Positions 1-5,503 of a stretch of DNA of 7,197 nucleotides are shown here, piece by piece. Numbering within the stretch: position 1 is the first letter of the stretch; the number at the start of each line of letters is the position of its first letter. The notes beneath the pieces were generated by a model. That model searched no databases. It was given only the letters and a program-made list of their open reading frames with translations, and was not told where the DNA came from. The position numbers were made by a program, and so were the translations under genes. Location of the stretch: assembly GCA_016840425.1 (NCBI GenBank), contig JAEOSI010000116.1, forward strand, positions 1-7,197, written 5' to 3'. The stretch comes from Candidatus Wukongarchaeum yapensis. GTDB taxonomy: Archaea > Asgardarchaeota > Wukongarchaeia > Wukongarchaeales > Wukongarchaeaceae.

Positions 1-285
1 GTTGTGGGTTTGCTGGAAAACATGTTCTTGTTCAACCATGATGCTTGGAATACCTATTCCTATAGCTCTGTTACATGCATCTCTTGTAAAGTGGTCGTGA
101 GATGTCTTTAATTTCTCTAAAGTTGCTTCTGATCCTGGTGGTGGGGCTACTTTTATGTCAGGGTGCACCATCCCCGCGCCCGCTTCAAAGCCCCATTTTG
201 GCGCTGATACTGGGTGTGGTGCTTCTCCAAAAACCATATCATCAGCAGCGGTATATGCCACGGATGTGTATGCTTTTCTAGCCAT
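1..285 (-). CDS. mtaB: Methanol:corrinoid methyltransferase MtaB, N-terminal 95 aa (continues beyond window start)
   Basis: Hand translation from ATG at 285-283: MARKAYTSVAYTAADDMVFGEAPHPVSAPKWGFEAGAGMVHPDIKVAPPPGSEATLEKLKTSHDHFTRDACNRAIGIGIPSIMVEQEHVFQQTHN, open to base 1. Colinear with the recalled Methanosarcina MtaB N-terminus (YTSMAY..ADEM.FG...PV......E.GAG...P....AP.P...EKL......G.P....ETEHVQQ). GAGGA SD 7 nt upstream; mtaC and mtaA in the same window. Not in the supplied ORF track. Confidence 0.9.
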   Translation of the reverse strand, partial: MARKAYTSVAYTAADDMVFGEAPHPVSAPKWGFEAGAGMVHPDIKVAPPPGSEATLEKLKTSHDHFTRDACNRAIGIGIPSIMVEQEHVFQQTHN

Positions 286-292
286 TATACAT

Positions 293-297
293 TCCTC
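293..297 (-). promoter_or_regulatory. Shine-Dalgarno site of mtaB (GAGGA)
   Basis: Minus strand reads tttGAGGAatgtataATG, a 7-nt spacer. Confidence 0.7.
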
Positions 298-311
298 AAA
301 CTCTTTATTAA

Positions 312-339
312 CCAGATTTCACCTTAGGGTGGAAACTGG
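312..339 (-). other. Stem-loop at the predicted 5' end of the mtaB leader
   Basis: Minus strand CCAGTTTCCACC-CTAA-GGTGAAATCTGG pairs as 11 bp with two single-base bulges and starts about 26 nt downstream of the TATA box. Confidence 0.45.
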
Positions 340-364
340 GTGAGAATTAGGTAGTAAATTCCAG

Positions 365-380
365 TATATATAGTTTTTGG
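365..380 (-). promoter_or_regulatory. BRE + TATA box of mtaB
   Basis: Minus strand CCAAAAAC-TATATATA: purine-rich BRE followed by a TATA box, implying a start site near 340 and a leader of about 55 nt. Confidence 0.6.
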
Positions 381-696
381 TAGTGATGAACGCACTTTTT
401 ATTGTTGCTTGTCCGCGTAGTAAAATTAAAATATTTCTTCACGTAAAATAATTTAACGGAATAGTAAAATAAGAGGGAGGAGGGGATTTGTTTGGTGCTG
501 AGGCGTTATCGCCCTTCTTTAGAAGGGTTTGAAGCGACTCACCCAGCTACACTGTGTGAAATGGGCTTTCATGCGTAGGCTATGAGTTTGGTTCGGTTAT
601 AAGTAACGGGGGAAGAGAGCTGGTATTAAAAATGAAGGTGAGCTCCTTAGGAACGCTTAGTGCCAAGCTGTTCAACAAAAATGTTGGTGATTCCTA

Positions 697-975
697 ATGT
701 TCTGTGAAATGTGCGGTAAATTTACAACAGTTCAGAAATTTATCTCTCCAAGATCAAAGACAATAACCCAGCTAATCTGTGTTTGTCCCAAATGTTTCAA
801 CCAGTTAGGTGAACAAATAACTGCAATTAAAATAGTCTCAGAAATTTTTGAGGGAATAAGATCAAAGATGGAGGATGTTAAACTTTTCCTTTATAACAAT
901 TCACTAGAGTTTGTAAAGGGTTATTTCACAGGAAAGCTTGTTAACTACTTACACAACTTTACCAGTACTAGATAA
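697..975 (+). CDS. Small zinc-ribbon/zinc-finger protein of unknown function (92 aa)
   Basis: CEMC at residues 3-6 and CPKC at residues 30-33 form a CxxC-x23-CxxC pattern. GGTGA SD at 686-690, 6 nt before the ATG. Confidence 0.65.
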   Translation: MFCEMCGKFTTVQKFISPRSKTITQLICVCPKCFNQLGEQITAIKIVSEIFEGIRSKMEDVKLFLYNNSLEFVKGYFTGKLVNYLHNFTSTR

Positions 976-1397
976 TAAAACAAAAAGTAATATAATATCA
1001 CTTTTTCAACAACATATTACCCCGTTTCTCATAAACATAAAAAACGGCGCTAAAAACACTAGCTTACAGTTATATAACCTAAATTACCAAACAAGATGCT
1101 AACAGCGGCTTATACTTTTTTCATCGTTTTAAATACCGCTTTTCTTTATCTTTCAGATTCCTGTTAAATCTCTTTAGGTTTCAGGCTTTTACTCCTTCCT
1201 TCCCTATTTTTTATTTGGTTGTTTTGTGATACATATTTAGGTGTTCCACAAGATAGATTTTTCAGGGAACACTGCCCGTTTTATTCCTAAGCTATAAAGA
1301 AGCAAACAGGTTGGTTTTGGAAGAAGATTTATTGTTCATCATAAAAAACTTTTAGAAGCAGTTCACTCAAAAACCATTTTCCAAAGCATTAAGAATA

Positions 1398-1411
1398 GAA
1401 AAATTTATACA
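1398..1411 (+). promoter_or_regulatory. BRE + TATA box upstream of the 242-aa gene
   Basis: GAAAAA-TTTATACA, 52 and 77 nt before the candidate ATGs at 1463 and 1488. Confidence 0.55.
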
Positions 1412-1462
1412 TACTTACACTCAATCTCTTTGTAATAATGAACTTGTGAGGAGAGACCGCTA

Positions 1463-1501
1463 ATGATATTGGAGGAGATGACTACACATGATATCGGAGG
1501 A
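1463..1501 (+). repeat. Direct repeat of the gene start, ATGATAT(T/C)GGAGGA, 25-nt period
   Basis: 1463-1476 ATGATATTGGAGGA and 1488-1501 ATGATATCGGAGGA, 13/14 identical. The two ATGs are in different frames. Confidence 0.75.
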
Positions 1502-2216
1502 AGAGGTATCAAAAAAAGTTATAGAAAAATTTAATTCGATAGAAGGAGTTATAGGCGTTATACGACTAAATGAAGATCAGGTAATAGATACATTTGGACT
1601 AGAATCTAGAGCTTTAGAAAATGTTCTGGGCGGTCTTGCTAAAGGAGTAAACGAGGGATTAGAAAAAGTTATTCAGAGTGATGCGGTATTTTCGGCATTT
1701 ACGGACAGATCTTTTGAATGGCCTAAAGACTCCCTTTTTCAAATAGTAAGTAGCGACGGAATTATAGGCGAAGAAATACGGGATAAAGAAAAGTTAGAGG
1801 AGTTAAAAAAGTCAGAAAATGTAATCATTATTGGCGATTGTTTCTATATAAAAAAAGATAAACTAGAAAATTGGAAGGCTGTTAAAGAAGGTTTATTCCG
1901 AGCAATATTTCCACCAATAAATTTCAACAGAGAAGTAAAAGATATTCCAGAAGTTGTGGAATGCATTGGATGCTTTACTAGCGGTCCCTGCTTTGAATAT
2001 TTAAAACTGGAGTTTGAGGGTAAAATAGATCTATCAGATCCCGGTTACGGCTTCTTTTTGGTAGGTCTCCGTTTTGACCCAGCTAAAGTCGCTTTTTCAC
2101 CAGGAACTAAGCCTAATGTCTTTTTAAAGAGCCTAAAAAGTCGCCATAAATCAACAGGAGGTCGAAGCCCAAATTTTGAAAAAGTTTATCGAACTTTTTT
2201 CTCAAATAATGTTTAA
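1488..2216 (+). CDS. Hypothetical protein (242 aa), probably a distant member of an uncharacterised archaeal family, with a C-terminal extension
   Basis: Long ORF with promoter, GGAGGA SD (1471-1476) and terminator. Segments NEGLEKV, DGIIGEEI, IFPPINF and FLVG recall a conserved archaeal protein family of unknown function that I cannot name reliably. Function not assignable. Confidence 0.75.
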   Translation: MISEEEVSKKVIEKFNSIEGVIGVIRLNEDQVIDTFGLESRALENVLGGLAKGVNEGLEKVIQSDAVFSAFTDRSFEWPKDSLFQIVSSDGIIGEEIRDKEKLEELKKSENVIIIGDCFYIKKDKLENWKAVKEGLFRAIFPPINFNREVKDIPEVVECIGCFTSGPCFEYLKLEFEGKIDLSDPGYGFFLVGLRFDPAKVAFSPGTKPNVFLKSLKSRHKSTGGRSPNFEKVYRTFFSNNV

Positions 2217-2351
2217 ATTAAAAAATAATAGAAGAAGAATAAGCATCGATATATAAGAAGATCAAACATCTTTTTATCTTATTTTTCTAGCTAAAATATT
2301 TCTTCGTGATTTTTTTCAGTATTATCATTACATCAGTTAAGTATTGATGTT
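2217..2351. terminator. Convergent intergenic region with oligo-T terminator candidates on both strands
   Basis: Plus-strand T tracts at 2270-2286 and T7 at 2310-2316; plus-strand A6 at 2220-2225 reads T6 for the chaperonin transcript. Confidence 0.45.
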
Positions 2352-4070
2352 TTATTGTTTTCTTTCAATACTTTGTTGGAGGTCTGGGAATTCTTCTTCC
2401 ATCATTTTTTGTCCTCTTTTTTTATCTCCTACGTATAATGGTCCTCCAGGTCCTTGTCTCTCAACAAAAATTTTATCTATTCTAAGCACCGTTGTTGCTG
2501 CTTCAAAGGCCCCTAGTAAGATCTGTTTCTTAACGCCTAACGGTTCAAAAATTCCATTTTTCCCTCCAACATCTCCTATAGTACCTCTAAGACAATCAAA
2601 TCCAATGTTAGCTTTTCCGTTTTTATGTTCCATTTTTAGGTTTGCTAACAGCTCTTGAGCGTCAAAACCCGCATTTTTTGCTAGAGCTTCTGGTATGCAT
2701 TCAAGACTTTCAGCGAACTTTTTTACCGCTAATTGTTCCCTTTTACCAAACTTGTAAGCGTGTGATCTAAGTCTTTTTGAAAGCTCCAGTTCAACCGCTC
2801 CACCTCCAACCACCACAAAAGGGTTTTCTATTACATTTTTTACCGCATTTAACCCGTTTTTAATTATTCTGCTAACTTCTCTTGCAACAACGTCAATACC
2901 GCCTCTTACAAGGATTCCAATAGCTTTCGGATCTTCTACCCCCTCTATGAAAATCACCTCTTCATCACCAACCTTACGTCGCTCAAATAGTTCTGCTTTT
3001 CCTAAGTCCTCAGGTTTTAAGTCAAAAATGTCTTGAATCACTCTTGCCCCAGTAGCTTTAACTAATCGCTCCATATCATCAATCAAAGTCTGTTCAATAG
3101 CGGCAATTCCTCTTTTAAATAAAGGCTGATAAAACACATCATCGATCTTTTGTTGGCAAAAAATAACATTAGCCCCTGTTTCAGCAAATTTGCCCACTAT
3201 CTCTTCTATAATATCTCTCTGCTCGTTAGCGAAATCTTCTCTTTGTCCTAATTTAGTAATAACTAATTTTGTGTAACGGGCTTCAGAATGCCTGAAAAAT
3301 AAACCATCCATCGTTTTATTTATAAGCAATATTTTACAATTTTTAATCCTTTTTGGCATATGCTTATAAAAAACCTCTTTATCTATAATCAATCCATTAA
3401 CAATTTTTGTATCTGAAACGCCTCCTCCTTCCCTGCGTGTCAAACCTATATTATCCAAGTCAACTCTCCATTTTTCTCCGTCAACCTTTTCTGCGACCTG
3501 TTTTACTGCTTTTATAATCATATCGGCTAGATTTTGTTCTGAACCTTCTACTGTTTTGTTGTTCATGGTGCTGATTGCAACCCTTTTCAAAACATCATTA
3601 TCTTTATTTATGTCAACAAAGATTGCTATTTCTTTTAAAATCTCGAAAACTTCTTCTAATGCTTTTTTATAACCTTTTATAATCACTGTGGGATGAATTC
3701 CCATCTTTAAAAGTTCTTCAGCTTTTCTGAGAAGTTCACCTGCAATTATAATCACGCTTTTAGTACCATCTCCAACTTCCTCCTCCTGGGCTTCTACAAC
3801 TTTGGTAATAAACTTGGCTATAGGATGCTCAACTTGAGCTGCTTTTATGATTTTTGCCCCATAATTGCTTATAGCGGTGTCAACATCTTGGGGTCTAGGT
3901 CCATGAATGGTCATTAAAATTTTATCTAACCCGTTAGGCCCTAGAGATGTCTTTAACGCTTCTGCAAAAGCTTTAAAAGCCTCAATGTTTATTTTTCTCG
4001 CTTCTTCTCCTTTGATGTATCTGGATCCTTCAGTCCAAATCTGGAGTTTCTCGCTTTCAATCTTGGGCAT
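2352..4070 (-). CDS. ths: Group II chaperonin (thermosome) subunit, divergent paralogue (572 aa)
   Basis: Full-length colinearity with thermosome subunits: SLGPNGLDK, EHPIAK, EVGDGT, AGELLRKAEELL..GIHPT.II.GY, GANVIFCQ..ID, KATGA, LVRGG, GGGAVE, LA.NAG.D, EPL.VK, LRID. GAGGG SD at 4079-4083. Confidence 0.95.
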   Translation of the reverse strand: MPKIESEKLQIWTEGSRYIKGEEARKINIEAFKAFAEALKTSLGPNGLDKILMTIHGPRPQDVDTAISNYGAKIIKAAQVEHPIAKFITKVVEAQEEEVGDGTKSVIIIAGELLRKAEELLKMGIHPTVIIKGYKKALEEVFEILKEIAIFVDINKDNDVLKRVAISTMNNKTVEGSEQNLADMIIKAVKQVAEKVDGEKWRVDLDNIGLTRREGGGVSDTKIVNGLIIDKEVFYKHMPKRIKNCKILLINKTMDGLFFRHSEARYTKLVITKLGQREDFANEQRDIIEEIVGKFAETGANVIFCQQKIDDVFYQPLFKRGIAAIEQTLIDDMERLVKATGARVIQDIFDLKPEDLGKAELFERRKVGDEEVIFIEGVEDPKAIGILVRGGIDVVAREVSRIIKNGLNAVKNVIENPFVVVGGGAVELELSKRLRSHAYKFGKREQLAVKKFAESLECIPEALAKNAGFDAQELLANLKMEHKNGKANIGFDCLRGTIGDVGGKNGIFEPLGVKKQILLGAFEAATTVLRIDKIFVERQGPGGPLYVGDKKRGQKMMEEEFPDLQQSIERKQ

Positions 4071-4123
4071 TTTAAAATCCCTCTAGCGAATAAATTCAAC
4101 TTTTAAAATATATCTAAAATCGC

Positions 4124-4138
4124 TTTATAAATTTGTTC
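4124..4138 (-). promoter_or_regulatory. BRE + TATA box of the chaperonin gene
   Basis: Minus strand GAACAAA-TTTATAAA, TATA at 4131-4124, 54-61 nt before the ATG at 4070. Confidence 0.6.
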
Positions 4139-4140
4139 TT

Positions 4141-4500
4141 TGCTTTCAAAGATTATAAAAAGGTAATAAAAATATAATGATAAGGCAATATAAAAATTGT
4201 GACTTTAATTAACTTAGATTTAATTATGATAAATTATAACTAAGAAAAGAAAAATTCAATTAATTATAATAGAGTATCATTTATTTTACTTAAAAAGTTT
4301 ACAAATCTAAATGTTAAAATTAAAAATCGCTTTAACTTATTAATATTGGAAAAATTCTGTCTCCATAAAATATTTAATAAATATAAAATATGGTATTATT
4401 GAATTATTTCTTAGAGATTAAGCCTATAAGAAAGCCAAATTGTATTTTCCTCTATTATTTTTTAGATATAATTTATACATTTATATTTTATTAAGTAAAT
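4141..4500. other. Extremely AT-rich non-coding spacer between divergent promoters
   Basis: Hand count 58 G+C in 360 nt (16%). No ORF in the track. Confidence 0.8.
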
Positions 4501-4511
4501 CTTTTCGGGAT

Positions 4512-4528
4512 GCGGAATACTTATATAG
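4512..4528 (+). promoter_or_regulatory. BRE + TATA box of mtaC
   Basis: GCGGAATAC-TTATATAG with TATA at 4521-4528; AGGAG SD at 4586-4590; ATG at 4600. Confidence 0.6.
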
Positions 4529-4599
4529 TGCAGGCGGGTTAGAGAACTGCCGAATAGCCATAAACGGAGTGGATAAACCACCCGTAGGAGAGACCGAAA

Positions 4600-5400
4600 A
4601 TGGTAATATTGGCAGATAAAGCAAAAGATCTCAGAACCGTTTTTAGACGTTATAGTCTCGAAGCAGAACCCGCGAGCCCAGACGCCGTAATCAAGACAGG
4701 TTTACCTTCAGACCCCAATTTTTCTAAAGTAGCTAAAGGTGTAATTGATGGAGATGCAGCAGCTGTTGAATCGAGCTTGAAAGCTGCATTTGGTGCAGGA
4801 ATAGACCCATTAACAGCCATTAATGATGGCTTAATCGCTGGAATGAATGTTGTAAGTGACCTCTACGAGAAAGGCCTTTACTACTTGCCCCAAGTAATGA
4901 TCGCAGCTGATGCGATGGCAGTAGGCATAGGCGTATGTGAAGACAAGCTTGGTCACCCAGCTGAAAAGAAAGGGTTAGTAGTCACTCATGTCGCTGAAGG
5001 CGATATCCACGATATAGGAAAAGAAATAGTTAGTGCCTTACTTGCCGCTAATGGATATGAAGTTATTAACCTAGGGAGAGACGTACCCGTAGAGGATGTC
5101 GTCAACACTGTCAGAGAGAAGAAACCTGCCATGGTGACAGGAACAGCCCTTATGACAACAACAATGACCGCTTTTCCAAGAATCGCTGCCCGGCTTAAAG
5201 AGTTGGGTATTGTAATACCGTTTGTTTGCGGCGGAGGAGCCGTTACCAGAGAGTTCGTAGAAGCCTATGATTATGGAATCCACGGCGTTAAAGCCCACCA
5301 CGCTCCACATCTAGCAGCAGCAGCAGTAAAAGGCAAAAGCTGGAAAACAATACGTGAAGATTACGAAGACATCACAGGCGGATACGCCTACAAGTGGTAG
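4600..5400 (+). CDS. mtaC: Corrinoid protein of the methanol methyltransferase system, MtaC (266 aa)
   Basis: Cobalamin His-on motif HVAEGDIHDIGK (DxHxxG), LGRDVP, TGTALMTTTM, CGGGAV, helical cap (GM..V..LY..G...LP.VM..ADAM), and the MtaC-type N-terminal arm VFRRYSL. Adjacent to an MtaA-type gene. Confidence 0.92.
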   Translation: MVILADKAKDLRTVFRRYSLEAEPASPDAVIKTGLPSDPNFSKVAKGVIDGDAAAVESSLKAAFGAGIDPLTAINDGLIAGMNVVSDLYEKGLYYLPQVMIAADAMAVGIGVCEDKLGHPAEKKGLVVTHVAEGDIHDIGKEIVSALLAANGYEVINLGRDVPVEDVVNTVREKKPAMVTGTALMTTTMTAFPRIAARLKELGIVIPFVCGGGAVTREFVEAYDYGIHGVKAHHAPHLAAAAVKGKSWKTIREDYEDITGGYAYKW

Positions 5401-5435
5401 TCCAAAAGCTCGCTTCTTAATCCTAACCTCCCTTA

Positions 5436-5465
5436 TTTTTTTTGTTTTTAGTTTTTTGTTTTTAG
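5436..5465 (+). terminator. Oligo-T terminator candidate after mtaC, built from a tandem 14-mer
   Basis: T8 at 5436-5443; TTTTTTGTTTTTAG occurs exactly twice (5438-5451, 5452-5465). Confidence 0.55.
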
Positions 5466-5503
5466 AGGTGTGTTTTAGTCAAAGTTGTTTTGAGGTGTTT
5501 TTG

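Noticed and set aside
155-343. Tracked 62-aa plus-strand ORF
   Set aside because: Antisense shadow of mtaB, which has family similarity, an SD and a promoter on the minus strand.
492-578. 28-codon ORF (TTG start, MVLRRYRPSLEGFEATHPATLCEMGFHA*) after a GGAGGAGGGG SD-like run
   Set aside because: Too short to support and no motif. Reading through its TAG as pyrrolysine adds only seven more codons before TAA.
1069-1167. Palindromic TTATATAA box followed by a 23-codon hydrophobic ORF (ATG 1096)
   Set aside because: Spacing would suit a leaderless transcript, but the BRE is poor and hydrophobicity follows from local T-richness. Needs expression data.
1241-1272. 7-bp inverted repeat GTGTTCC-N18-GGAACAC
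   Set aside because: Single occurrence, short arms, long spacer and no related site at other promoters; compatible with chance.
976-1400. Possible pseudogene or mobile-element remnant in the long intergenic region
   Set aside because: The frames I checked on both strands were interrupted by stops, with no recognisable protein similarity, terminal inverted repeats or target-site duplication.
2344-2658. Tracked 104-aa plus-strand ORF
   Set aside because: Antisense to the chaperonin C-terminus, no SD, no recognisable motif.
5313-5326. GCA trinucleotide run in mtaC
   Set aside because: Encodes four alanines in a predicted helix; too short to call a contingency repeat.
5354-5503. Tracked 50-residue N-terminal extension of MtaA with an apparent hydrophobic or membrane segment
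   Set aside because: The Phe/Leu run is just the translated oligo-T terminator. It overlaps the end of mtaC, and family similarity and the SD point to TTG 5504.
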